From the NCBI RefSeq assembly GCF_006345805.1, contig NC_043007.1, positions 10,168,001 to 10,232,000 of the forward strand: a stretch of 64,000 bases of DNA, in the 5' to 3' direction. The notes under the pieces are model-generated. The model was not told the DNA's origin. It worked only from the letters and a program-made list of their open reading frames with translations, and searched no databases. This DNA comes from Octopus sinensis (Eukaryota). Below are positions 1 through 12,500 of this stretch, piece after piece. Every line of letters begins with the position of its first letter. Positions within the stretch are counted from its first letter, which is position 1. Both the position numbers and the translations under genes were made by a program.

Positions 1-1060
1 AACCACTATGCCATATGCCCGTGTTCAATTATGGAGTGAATTTTATGGCTTATAAATCTAATAATTTCCTATCCTTCCTTAATAATGGTTCCCATATGCT
101 ACTCATATCTGCACTCGGTCTGCTTAGGAGATTGTTGTGTCCTAGCATATGTGCTGCTTCTTTTAGTTTTTGTATTTTCCAGTGGTGTTCTCTGTCTATT
201 ATTTTAACTTCATCCTACGGGGGAAGTGGTCTCCATTTTTCCATACATAATCAGCTATATCCGATTTATCAATACCTCCCCGTGTCACAGCTTTGCGATG
301 TTCCTCTACCCTTATTTTGAGAGGGCGGCATGTTTCACTTTGTATAACCTACCGCAGCTGCAAGTGATGGAGTACATGCAGTTTTGGGTCGTATTCTCTT
401 CTATTGGTGGTTTTACCCGAAGGAGATATTTGCAAAGTGTTGTATTACTCTTGAATACTGTCCTGATGTCATATGGGCCGTATATCTTTTGTATCTTTTC
501 GGAGAGGCCTTTCAAATAGGGTAGACAGACTGTAGACAGTTTATTGGTTTCATCCTCTCTTTTCTTCATAATTGGAGTAGATAGTATGTTTTTGGGGTAG
601 TTGTTGCTCAATAAATTGTTACTGAGCTTGATCATTTCTTCGTGGTGCATATCACGATCGCTACTTATATTCTTTGCTCGATGTTTTAGGCACTGAGCAA
701 TTCCTCTCTTTACACTGTATGGATTGTGGGAATTGAAGTTAGGGTATTGTCCAGTGAAGGCCAGCTTGCGTATTCAGATGTCCTGAATCCATACTTGGTG
801 CGTGTTATTAATACGTCCAGGAATGCTAGCAGTATTAAGGAGAGATAGGAAATTATTAGATTTATAAGCCCTAAAATTCACTCCATAGTTGCCCATGGGC
901 ATATAGTGTAGCGGTTAAGAGTGCAGGCTACTAATCCCAAGATTCCGAGTTCGATTCCAGGCAGTGACCTGAATAATAATAATAATAATAATAACAAAAT
1001 CGAAAAATACCTTAAGAATGAGAACCCAGGTTTGAAATTTTCCCAAGACGCCTGATGAGC
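1..1060 (-). mobile_element. 5'-truncated, frameshifted Penelope-like retroelement (RT C-terminus plus GIY-YIG endonuclease) with an inverted terminal segment
   Basis: Minus strand reads LAFLDVLITRT (RT motif 7), FTGQY.NFNSH.PYSVKRGI, ORF 312-650 (CLPYLKGLSEKIQKI...NCMYSITCSCGRLYK), then after a frameshift GETCRPLKIRVEEHRKA. Bases 1-84 are an inverted repeat of 833-916, the typical inverted pseudo-LTR of PLE copies. Confidence 0.85.
897..969 (+). repeat. tRNA-derived (Pol III-like) head inside the PLE terminal repeat; not a functional tRNA
   Basis: A-box-like TAGTGTAGCGG and B-box-like GAGTTCGATTCC at tRNA spacing. Acceptor and anticodon stems pair poorly. The start of the same head appears in reverse at 1-20. 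Confidence 0.6.
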
Positions 1061-1949
1061 CAAAGCATTGTGCTAACAACAAACAAAATGAGGACAAATA
1101 TAAATAATGTATATATACTCATCTAAAATATAGCATTTCTGAAACAGAGCTTAGCCACCAGAGAGATACAATGCACACATGCTCCCCATTCTGTAATGAT
1201 AAAGAGAAAAGGGTAGAGGTCATACTACCTTCATGTGAAAATATGTAGGGGCTACATCAACAGCAGGTGGTTAAAGGATTGTTATGAGTTAGTAGGTATA
1301 TAATGATGCTGAAAGTGACAGGGAAATTGTTTGTTTTAACATTAGAATATCTATCGAGGATCGAGTATTGTAGTATTAAATTTTTTATAAAAAATCATTT
1401 ACTTTCTGTATTTAATAATAAACATTTATAGTTTTAGGCAGGTTAGGAACAATTTTTATTGTCTACCTAGAAGGCAAGTGACTGATGTGTGCGTGTATGA
1501 GAGAATATAAGCTTCTTTACGACAGTCAAATTACTGCCTATGTGTACATAAGTTTGAGAGACAAATTTTTGAGGATTTAAAATACAATATATGTCATCAT
1601 TATTCAACATCTATTTTCCATGGTGGCATGAGTTGGAATATATACATGTGTGTATGTGTGTGTGTGTACATATATATAATAATAATATAAATAATATATA
1701 AATATATGCATATATACAGACATATATGTACATACTTACATATATATGTATATATACATGCATATATGGGTACAGGACATCAAAAAAACGTTGAACATGA
1801 AAACAAAAACAGAGAAACAAATTTTTTTCGAACAACGAAAAAAACAAACAGAGAAACGAGACATACAACATAAAGAATATTCCCCTTCTTCAGTTGTCCC
1901 TGTTTCATCTACTCCGCGTTTTGAAGATATATATGTATGTATATATATA

Positions 1950-2248
1950 TCTATATATATATAAAAGAAAAGTTGTGTGGTGTCTGTCTCCTACGATTTA
2001 GATTCCTAACTACTATTTTGCGGTGCAGTTTAACCAAAAGCGGGTATCTTATAGTCGTGATTCATATTGAGCCCTCCTGGGTATCAGCGCGTGTCTACAA
2101 TGAGGCTACGATTTAAAAATAAATTTACCATCAATTTTTTCCCATTTTTAATGCATTTTTTGCTATTATATAAGGGAAGTAACTCTCTAAAAATGCTTAT
2201 ATAGTTATTTCCTTTACAAACCCGAGCAACGCCGGGTGATACTGCTAG
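1950..2248 (+). mobile_element. Non-autonomous Helitron
   Basis: Starts TC, subterminal hairpin CCCG-agcaacgc-CGGG (2221-2236), ends CTAG. Near-identical copy at 14159-14458. Confidence 0.75.
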
Positions 2249-2262
2249 TATATATATATATC

Positions 2263-2448
2263 ATCATCATCATCGTTTAACGTCCGTTCTCCATGCTAGC
2301 ATGGGTTGGACGGTTCGACCGGGGATCTGGGAAGCCAGAAGGCTGCACCAGGCTCCAGTCTTATCTGGCAATGTTTCTACAGCTGGATGCCCTTCCTAAC
2401 GCCAACCACTCCGTGAGTGTAGTGGGTGCTTTTTACGTGCCACCTGCA
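2263..2448 (-). mobile_element. RTE-tailed SINE or LINE 3' fragment ending in (GAT)n
   Basis: CATCATCGTTTAACGTCC...GGATGCCCTTCCTAACGCCAACCACTCC family, repeated many times in the window. Confidence 0.65.
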
Positions 2449-2449
2449 C

Positions 2450-2495
<46 letters not shown>

Positions 2496-2976
2496 ATTAT
2501 TCAACCCTTTAGCATTCAGATTACTTTATCAAATGTTATATTTATTTATTCACATTGTTTTGAAATAATCATGCATTATTGTGTGGCTTTGCGATTTCAA
2601 TGATGTGGTGGTACATTTTTAGAATGACTTTGCAGGGCAGGTGTGAAAGGTAAAATCGGGTCAGTTTGAACATAAAACATGTAGAATGTTTTGGCTGCAA
2701 TAAATGCTAAAGGGTTAAGGTACGCAGTATAAAGATATGAGCTACAAATAATGCCTTGCTTTGGAGACTTATGTCTAAACAAGTTTTTATACCACACCCT
2801 GTGTTTCCAAGTATTCTTCAGGATTGGAAAGACAAAACAGGTTATAAAAACCTGCCCGGACTCACCTTTCAAATGCATGAAACTATTAGTAGCTTGTTTG
2901 TTTATACTGTGTACATTAAATGAGATTTCTCTCTCACTGGATGGAGTACTTTTAACAATATACTATATAAATATAT

Positions 2977-3374
2977 GGATCTTTTCGGTTTGAACGGCAG
3001 TTTTTAACATAATTTCTAGGTAACTAAAAAATTTAAAACTTCCTATACTGGTAGAATGTGTTTATAAAACATCCTTTTCTCTTGGCTTTATTGAGAAAAT
3101 TCTATAGTTTGTAAGATATTTGTTGTTTTTATTCTTCAATTTCTACAATTTCAACCAATCACTGATGTCCATTGAGGTAAAAAGCATTCTGTGCCATATG
3201 AATATGTCCCTCGTTTAAGAAACAGATTGGGTTTATTTACATTTGTGAAGAAAAAAAGATACCCTTTCCCCCGCCCCTAACCCTAAAAGAGATTGAAATG
3301 CAATAGATCGATACTAGGGTCATAATTATGGGTGACAATTTCATGACACTGCTAGAAAAAAACCGATAAGATCC
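2977..3374. mobile_element. MITE with GGATCTTTTCGGTTTGAACGGCAG TIRs and 8-bp TSD (hAT- or P-like)
   Basis: TIRs present (right one partly deleted); flanks AAATATAT/AAATATAC; same family at 30328, 32421 and 36223. Confidence 0.75.
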
Positions 3375-3480
3375 AAATATACTTTTTAAAGCAGGCCACA
3401 ATACATTATTTTACAAACTATCAAACGTATTTATTCTACAAGCCAAGAAGGGAGACTCAAGCAGGAAACAGTAGTCAAAT

Positions 3481-3868
3481 TAAGTAGCTTGCTAACCAAC
3501 CACATGGTTCCGGGTTCAGACCCACTGCGTGGCATCTTGGGCAAGTGTCTTCTGCTATAGCCCCGGGCCGACCAATGCCTTGTGAGTGGATTTGGTAGAC
3601 GGAAACTGAAAGAACCCTGTCGTATATATGTATATATATATAAGTGTGTGTGTATATGTTTGTGTGTCTGTGTTTGTCCCCCTAGCATTGCTTGACAACC
3701 GATGCTGGTGTGTTTACGTCCCCGTCACTTAGCGGTTCGGCAAAAGAGACCGATAGAATAAGTACTGGGTTTACAAAGAATAAGTCCTGGGGTCGATTTG
3801 CTCGACTAAAAGCGGTGCTCCAGCATGGCCGCAGTCAAATGACTGAAACAAGTAAAAGAGTAAGAATA
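3481..3868 (+). mobile_element. tRNA-derived SINE family 1 (head truncated)
   Basis: GGTTCCGGGTTCAGACCCACTGCGTGGC...GACTGAAACAAGTAAAAGAG consensus shared by more than 10 copies in the window. Confidence 0.8.
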
Positions 3869-6727
3869 TAGTGCTTTTTTTTTTTTTACAAGAAGGGACC
3901 CTTTGGATAATATAGCTGGAATGTCATAGAGAAGTCTGCTACACTAACACCGACAGAAGAGCAGAGAACAAGAGAGGAGGAAGGTGAGATGTCCCGGAGT
4001 TTGTCATAGCTATACAATACAAGAATTACATTAATCTATTGTTTCATATAATACTTTAAAGACTCACAGATCAAATGCACATATTCTAAAATCTGAGATA
4101 CACAATGAAAAATATTATTTTAAAGAATTTATACCAGGCGTTGGAGACACAGATCGATAAATTAATCTGAGCACTATGTACCTGGTGACTTTACTGTCAG
4201 GTCAAGTATATGTATACGAACACTATCTGCCAGAAAATACTTCAGGTGTCCAGTGTATTTCAGACAAGAAATATCTGAGTACCTTATATACTGACCATTT
4301 ATATAAATATATATAAAATATGAATTAGAGATAAAACCACTATTATGCAACTCAAACAATTTAATTATAGCCATGAAACGTATGTAGTGGTTTTACTTAT
4401 TATATTATATTTATCATTCGTTTTTTTTACTTTTTGAAAAAAAAATAATATATATATATATATTATACTAATTATATTTATATTATTTGTTATTTATGTA
4501 TTGGTTTATGTCAACCACTGTTTGAGTTGCATAATAGTGGTTTTATTCATATTTTATATATTTATACTGTGAAATTTGATTTAATACTAAATTGAATTTT
4601 TCCTTGTAAGTTTGGAGCTATACTCCCTAATATTATATATATATATATATATATATGTGTGTTAGTATGAATATATTTATATTATCACGATTCTGTACAC
4701 TCAACTGATATATAGTATTTCTAAAACTTAGCTCAGTCATCAGAGAGACACAATGTGCACATGTTCCCCATTCTGTAATGATAGCGAGAAAAAGACAGAG
4801 ATCACAGTATGTGGTTAAAGGATTGTTATGTGTTATGTGTTAGTGGATATATGTTGAGGTTGAAAACTCTAGAAAAATTGTGTTTGTGTTAACATCAAAA
4901 TATTTATCAATTTTCTGAATTGTACACTGAGTATCATCGCATTAATTTTTTTTATAATGAATTAACCATTTAGTCTGTATTTAATAATAAATATAGTAAT
5001 AGCATAAGCAGTAGTCATGACTGACAACTGTTTACTTAGGGAGCATGTCATATGGCATTATGCCGTGCATGAGAAGAAAACCTATCAAGCCAGGTAAAAC
5101 TGCAGTCATGACAGATACCGGTGTCATGCAAATGGCACCTGTGCCAGTGGTACATAAAGGTGCCCATTACACTCTCAAAGTGGTTGGCATTAGGAAGGGC
5201 ATCCAGCCATAGAAACTATGCCAAAACAGACTGGAGTTTGGTGCAGCCTTCCAGCTTGCCGGACCTGGTCAAACCGTCCAACCCATGCCAGCATGGACAA
5301 CAGACGTTACATGATGATGATATCATCATCATCATCGTTTAATCTCTGCTTTCCATACTGACATGGGTTGGACGGTTTGACCAAGGATTGGCCAGCCAGG
5401 AGGCTCCAATATGATCTGGCAAGGTTTCTACAGCTTGATGCCTTTCCTAATACCAACCACTCCAAGAATGTGGGTGCATTTTATGTTTCACTGGCACGGA
5501 CCATGCTCAAATGGTGCTTTTTAGGTTCCACCCGCACAGGTATATATATACATACACATATAATTAACAAAATATAGAAAACATACACATATAATTAACA
5601 AAATATAGAAAACGTATATGGTATTTCATGCTTTATAAAACATACGTGTTTCATGAAATTACAGCCAGGATTACGTAATTGCTTGTTGAAACATTATATA
5701 ATCTTGTTAATTCACCTCCTCAGTGTTTAGCAATACCATGTTTTCTGCATTTTATTAATACCATTATATGGCTTGTATTCCACACGCTAGCCTATCCTTG
5801 GTCAATGGCCTGTATTGTAACATACTAAATATAGGTAGGAGTGGCGTGTAGGAACTACTACTGAGCCCAAATTTTGGTCACATGCTGCACTTCACAGTGC
5901 ATACAAGTTCTTTGTGTATGTATACATCAATCATCACTTTAATGTCCACTTCTCCATGCTTGAATGGATTGGATGGAACTTGCTGAAGTGGATTTTCTAG
6001 TCAGATGCCCTTCTTGTCACTAACCCATAACTGTTTCCATTTAAGGTAATATAACCCCATGACTTGCATGGTTCTGGGTTCAGTCCCACGGCGTGCCACC
6101 TTGGGCAAGTGTCTTCTACTATCGCCTCGGGCTGACCAAAGCCTTGTGAGTGGATTTGGTAGACAGAAACTGAAAGAAGCCCGTCATATATATATGTATG
6201 TGTGTCTGTGTTTGTCCTCCCAAACATCGCTTGACAACCGATGCTGGTGTGTTTACGTCCCTGTAACTTAGTGGTTCGGCAAGAGGCACCGATAGAATAA
6301 GTACTAGGCTTACAAAGAATAAGTCCTGGGGTCGATTTGCTTGACTAAAAGCGGTGCTCCAGCATGGCCACAGTCAAAATGAAGGAAACAGGTAAAAGAG
6401 TAATGCTGGAAGTGAAGGTCACCACTTGTATGAGAGTGACACTTGTTTACAATTATCACACAATGTCAAGGCGAGGGGACAGTAACAAGAACTACGTTAA
6501 GGATGCACGTGTCTGTGGAGTGCTCAGCCACTTACACATTAATTTCACGAGCAGGCTGTTCCGTTGATTCGGGTCAACCGGAACCCTCATCGTCGTAACC
6601 GACGGAGTGCTTCCATCCATTTTAAAACAACCAAAATACATAAGTTTACAAAACAAATCGTTTGTTCTACAAGCCAAGAAGGGAGTCTCAAACAAGTAAC
6701 TAGTCAAATCACACTACACTACTTTTT

Positions 6728-7063
6728 CCATGCTGGAGCACCACCTTTTAGTCGAGCAAATCGACCCCAGGACTTATTCTTTGTAAGCCTAGTACTTATT
6801 CTATCGGTCTCTTTTGCCGAATCGCTAAGTTATGGGGACGTAAACACACCAGCATCGGTTGTCAAGCAATGCTGGGGGGGACAAACACAGACACACACAT
6901 ACATATATATGACGGGCTTCTTTCAGTTTCCGCCTACCAAATCCACTCACAAGGCTTTGGTCAGCCCGAGGCTATAGTAGAAGACACTTTCCCAAGGTGC
7001 CACGCAGTGGGACTGAACCTGGAACCATGTGGTTGGTAAGCAAGCTACTTACCACACAGCCAC
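6728..7063 (-). mobile_element. tRNA-derived SINE family 1
   Basis: Reverse-complement match to the family 1 consensus; head GTGGCTGTGTGGTAAGTAGC at about 7063-7044. Confidence 0.8.
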
Positions 7064-7195
7064 TTTATACAATGTAATCCAAGAGACACTATGACTGAAA
7101 AGAAAAAGAAAGAACAAGATGGCATAGCTAATGCCAGACTGTCTTTTATCATGGATGGGTCTGCTACATGGAGACCAAAATTCATAGAAACTTAC

Positions 7196-7281
7196 AACTC
7201 AACCTCTTGCGCTGTACTTGACTTGGCCAGTAAAATGAGAATGGACCCAGCTAACTTCACAATTCTAGGGTTACACAGTTT
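7196..7281 (-). CDS. ATRIP: ATRIP exon (last confidently placed)
   Basis: Long pyrimidine tract plus ttgcag|, KLCNPRIVKLAGSILILLAKSSTAQEVE, then TT|gtaagt. Read-through gives TTG TAA. Confidence 0.7.
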
Positions 7282-7535
7282 CTGCAAGAATTGGGGAGAG
7301 AAAAAGAAAAGTCAATGGTTAAATAAAAGCAACAACAAAAGAAAAAATGTCTCTATGAATTGCAGGCTTGCCTGTGTGGTTAAGAAGCTTGCTTCGGAGT
7401 CATGAAGTCTTGAGTTCAGTCCCATAGTGCAGTACCTTTGGGCAGGTGTCTTCTATTATAGACCTAGGCCAACTGAAGCCTTGTGTGTGGATTTAGAAGA
7501 GTGAAACAGAAAGAACCCTGTCATGTATGTATGTA

Positions 7536-7574
<39 letters not shown>

Positions 7575-9482
7575 TAAATTAGAGATAAAACCACTATTAG
7601 GCAAATCAAACAGTGAAAAACATAAACCAAAACATAGAAATAAAATTAATTAATATAATAGACAAAAAAAAAATAATTAAAAAAATTTTTTTAAATAAAA
7701 ATAAAAATATTAAAAAATCACAGGCACAGGAGTGGCTGTGTGGTAAGTAACTTGCTAACCAACCACATGGTTCCGGGTTCAGTCCCACTGCGTGGCACCT
7801 TGGGCAAGTGTCTTCTGCTATAGCCCCGGGCCGACCAATGCCTTGCGAGTGGATTTGGTAGACGGAAACTGAAAGAAGCCTGTCGTATATATGTATATAT
7901 ATGTGTGTGTTTGTATGTCTCTGTTTGTCCCCCTAGCATTGCTTGACAACCGATGCTGGTGTGTTATGTCCCCGTCACTTAGCGGTTCGGCAAAATGAGA
8001 CCGATAGAATAAGTACTGGGCTTACAAAGAATAAGTCCCGGGGTCGAGTTCCTCGACTAAAGGTGGTGCTCCAGCATGGCCACAGTCAAAATGACTGAAA
8101 CAAGTAAAAGAGTATAAAAGAGTAAAAGAGTATATATGTGTATATATATATATAAATTTATAAGTATAAATTAATAATAAAAAAAAAATTTTTAATTTTA
8201 ACTTTAAAATTTAAATAATTTAAATTTTGAATTTTATATTTTATATATTTTGTTTATCATATTAATTAATTTTATTTCTATGTTTTGGTTTATGTCTTTC
8301 ACTGTTTGATTTGCCTAATAGTGGTTTTATCTCTAATTTAATATATATATATTTATACGGTAAAATTAGATTTAATCCTAAATCTAATTTTTCCCTGTAA
8401 GTTTGGATTTACTCCCTAATATTATTATTATTATATATATATATATATATATATCCACATTATTAAGCAAATCAACTTTCTCTCAATAAATAAATGTATA
8501 TTCGTTCAAAATCAGTTTTCCCACTGACTGTTGGCCACACTTACCTCTTACTCTTTTACTTGTTTCAGTCATTTGACTGTGGCCATGCTGGAGCACCACC
8601 TTTTAGTCGAGCAAATCGACCCCGGGACTTATTCTTTGGAAGCCTAGTACTTATTCTATCAGTCTCTTTTGCCGAATCACTAAGTTATGGGGACGTAAAC
8701 ACACCAGCAATGTTGGGGGGACAAACACAGACACACAAACTCATACATACATATATACGACGGGCTTCTTTCAGTTTCCGTCTACCAAATCCACTCACAA
8801 GGCTTTGGTCAGCCCGAGGCTATAGTAGAAGACACTTTCCCAAGGTGCCACACAGTAGGACTGAACCCAGAACCATATGGTTGGTAAGCAAGCTACTTAC
8901 CACACAGCCACTCCCACGCCATCTGTGGATAAAATTTAAAATTGATGGTATCAACAGAAGTAACATAGGTGGTTCACAGGCAAATAGCATTATTTAGCTA
9001 TAAATTACAAATTTGCATGAAGCGTAAGGATGCTTAAAAGTGTACAACTGCTAGAAATAAGAGCTAAAGTCTTAATTAAACCACCGTACTGCACCAAGAT
9101 AACAGAAAAAAACAGTAGTGTATATATACATATATATAAATGTGCGGGTGTGTGTGTGTGAAGGCACGTGGCTTAGTGATTAGGACATTCAGCTCACAAC
9201 CTTATGACCGTGAGTTCAATTCCCAGCACCATGTTGTGTCCTTGAGCTAGACACTCTATTTCACGTTGCTCCAGTTCACTCAGCTGGCAAAAATGAGTAG
9301 TACCTGTATTTCAAAAGGGCCAGCCTTGTTACATTCTGTGTCATGCTGAATCTCCCCGAGAAATACATTAAGGGTACATGTGTCTGTGGAGTGCTCAGCC
9401 ACTTGCATGTTAATTTCACAAGCAGGCTATTCCGTTGATCGTATCAGCTGGGACCCTTCTCGATGTAACCAATGGAGCGCTC

Positions 9483-9533
<51 letters not shown>

Positions 9534-12500
9534 TACACACATATATATATGGTCATAGCTGACGAAGTAACTTATGAATAATGAATTCTTTCTCCAATAC
9601 GCACCAGTTTTGGAAGCTGTGCTAAAAAAGGTTATGGGTATTGCCCTTTCCTGTCTGATTAAGTATTAAAAATATTGAGTTCATAATATTAAATATGAAA
9701 GATAAGCAAAGTTTTTCTATCTATTTAGATTTTGTTTTACTTACCTCTGGAATGGGATTAGCAAGTTGGAATAATTTATTGAGTAAATCGAACTTTTTAA
9801 TGTCTTGAAGAAGAAAAGAAGGCACAGAAGTCTTGCTAGATTTTTGGTTTGGTGATGTCATTGAAAGAGAATTGCTCAGAGAATTCTGCAAAAATAACCA
9901 AAGGTAACTGAAAATTAGACAAATCATGAATAAAATTCCCTTCCTGTCTCCCATTTGTAAGAGGATCATTTAATTAAGGAACATAATACAAATCTGAAAC
10001 AAATTTTAAAAATCCCTTAAACCTTAGGGTATTCTTTATTTTAGAATGATAGATGAAAATGCTCCACAAGCCTATAATATAATCATCATCATTTAATGTT
10101 AACTTTTCCATGTCTGCATGGGTTAGATGGAATCTATTGAGGCACATTTTTTTTACAGCAAGATGCCCTTCCTGTCACCAACCCTTATCTGTTTCCAAGC
10201 AAGATAATATTTCCCAATGGTCAAAAAAAATTTTCATGAAAGATTGGAAACAAACAACACTGCTTGTATGACAGTAATGCTCATTTACAATCATTACATG
10301 ATGTCTAGATAAGGACACACACAAACACACATCATCATCATTTAATGTCTATTTTCAATGCTGGCATGGGTTGGATGGTTTGACAGGATTCGGAGAGCCA
10401 TAGAGCTGCACTGTGCTTCATGTCAGGGTGTGGTATGGTTTCTATAGTTGGATACCCAGGCTTTTTTCAGTTTCTGACAACAAATCCACTCCCAAGGCTT
10501 CAGACTGCTTGGAGCCACAGTAGAAGAAAGACACTTGCCCAAGGAGTGTTCAGAACAGTGTCAAGGGAGAATAATGGTAGAGACAGGGGGAAAGGGAAAG
10601 TAATGTCAAGGATCAGTGTGAAAAAGAAAGCAAGACCAAGTAATAAAAGTGATGGGGGCAGGTTGAGTGAAATTGGGTTGATGGAAACTGTATGAAGCCT
10701 TGTCAAATTGATTGTACCTGTAATACATATCTCCATCTTTATCACTTATTTTGTCACACTGATTTGACCAGGAAATTATGTTAACATTACATATATCTGT
10801 GGGATACTCAACCACTTACATGTTAATTAATTTAATGGGTAGGTAAAAAACATTGGTTGATCAAACAACTGGATGCTTGTTAAAATCTGCAAATTCATCA
10901 TCATCATCATGTGTGTGTGTGTGTGTGTATACTGACTACCATATATGGCAGGGAGAGCCATATATCTTTTCTATAGTAAGACTGCTGTGCTTCACCCTAT
11001 ATCATATTTTAGTCTCTCAACACCTGGCATATAGCCACTCCTCTCTTAAACACTTTCCCAACCACTGCCCAGCTGAAGAGGTCTTTTTCTTTTTCCTTTT
11101 ACTTTCATGAAAGTTACTAAGTGACATCATTGGTGTCAGTGGCAGAAAAAAAAGCACCCTGTACACACAGTAAAGTGGTTGGCGTTACGAATGGCATCCA
11201 GACAGAAACCATGCCAAGGCTGACATTTAGGCCTATTACAGCCCCATGACTCACTGGATCCTGGCAAAATGTCCAACCCATGCAAGCATGGAAAATGAAT
11301 GCTAAATGATGATGTTGATGATGATGAAGATGTAAGCTTCTGGTTAACTACATCTGTGACCCTATTTTAATTTCTCAACAGTAAGAGAAGTTGTTCCACT
11401 TCACGTACATCATTAACCCTTTAGTGTTCAGATTATTCTATCAAACATAATGCTTATTGATTCCCATTGATTTGAATTAATCATGCATTATCTCATATCT
11501 TCAAGATCTTGATGGTGTAGATGCAAGTGCGTTACCTAACATATGCACCATACCATCCACATTTTAACATCTACTTTCCCATGCTTGCATAGGCCAAATG
11601 AAGGATATTGAGGTAAATTTTCTATGGCAAGATGGCCTTCTTGCTGTCAACCCTTATCTGCTTCCAAGCAAGGTAATATATCCCCATGGTCAGATGTATT
11701 TTTGCAAAATATTGGAAATGAATGACATTGGTTTTCAACAATCAAGTAATGTCAAGACAAGTAGACACAAACATACCCACATGCATACGATGGCTTCTTT
11801 CAGTTTCCATCCACCAAATCCAATCACAAGGCTTCAGTTGGCCTGGGGCTATTGAGGAGAAAAAAGGCGGCGAGCTGGCAGAAACGTTAGCACGCCAGGC
11901 AAAATGCTTAGCAGTATTTCGTCTGCTGCTACGTTCTGAGTTCAAATTCCGCCGAGGTCGACTTTGCCTTTCATCCTTTTGGGGTCAATTAAATAAGTAC
12001 CAGTTACGCATTGGAGTCAATATAATCGACTTAATCTGTTTGTCTATCCTTGTTTGTCCTCTCTGTGTTTAGCCCCTTGTGGGTAGTAAAGAAATAGCTA
12101 TTGAGGAGAAACGCGTCTAAGGTGCCATGTAGTGGGACTGAACCTGAAACCAAGTGGTTAGGATGCTAACTTCTTAACTGTACAGCCACACTCGTATGTA
12201 TCATTACAGCATTCATCTGAGAATAAAACAAAAAGTATTACTCACAGCAAGTTTATCGGTATCGTTGACAAGCAGTGAGTGTCGTAGTTCAGTACAGAAA
12301 GCAATTAGTTTATGTAAAACCCTGAGGGTTACTATAACAAGTAGCTCCAACTGGTTGGCAACATTTGCACAGTCTTGTAGTAACATATTCACAGAACTAG
12401 TTACTGAGTCCATAGAACTTTCCGACGAGCTCCCCGATTTCCCATTGTTTCCGCTGGTCAAAGAGTCACACAGGTCGGTGCTTGATGCAACCAGGTTCGC

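Noticed and set aside
897-969. Functional tRNA gene
   Set aside because: Acceptor and anticodon stems do not pair; it is embedded in a retroelement repeat.
4068-4285. Additional ATRIP micro-exons (4092-4068 with ag/gtgagt; about 4270-4181) and a candidate at about 3940-3890
   Set aside because: Splice-like signals exist, but I could not join them to the model in a unique phase-consistent way; left unresolved.
5552-5615. 31-bp direct repeat ACATACACATATAATTAACAAAATATAGAAA x2
   Set aside because: Simple local slippage duplication with no further structure.
7091-7405. Plus-strand 104-aa ORF
   Set aside because: It is the antisense shadow of the ATRIP exon 7281-7196 and its pyrimidine tracts.
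9560-9655. Possible ATRIP exon just after 9745
   Set aside because: No convincing donor, and the open frame runs into a microsatellite; 9745 joins 7281 in phase without it.
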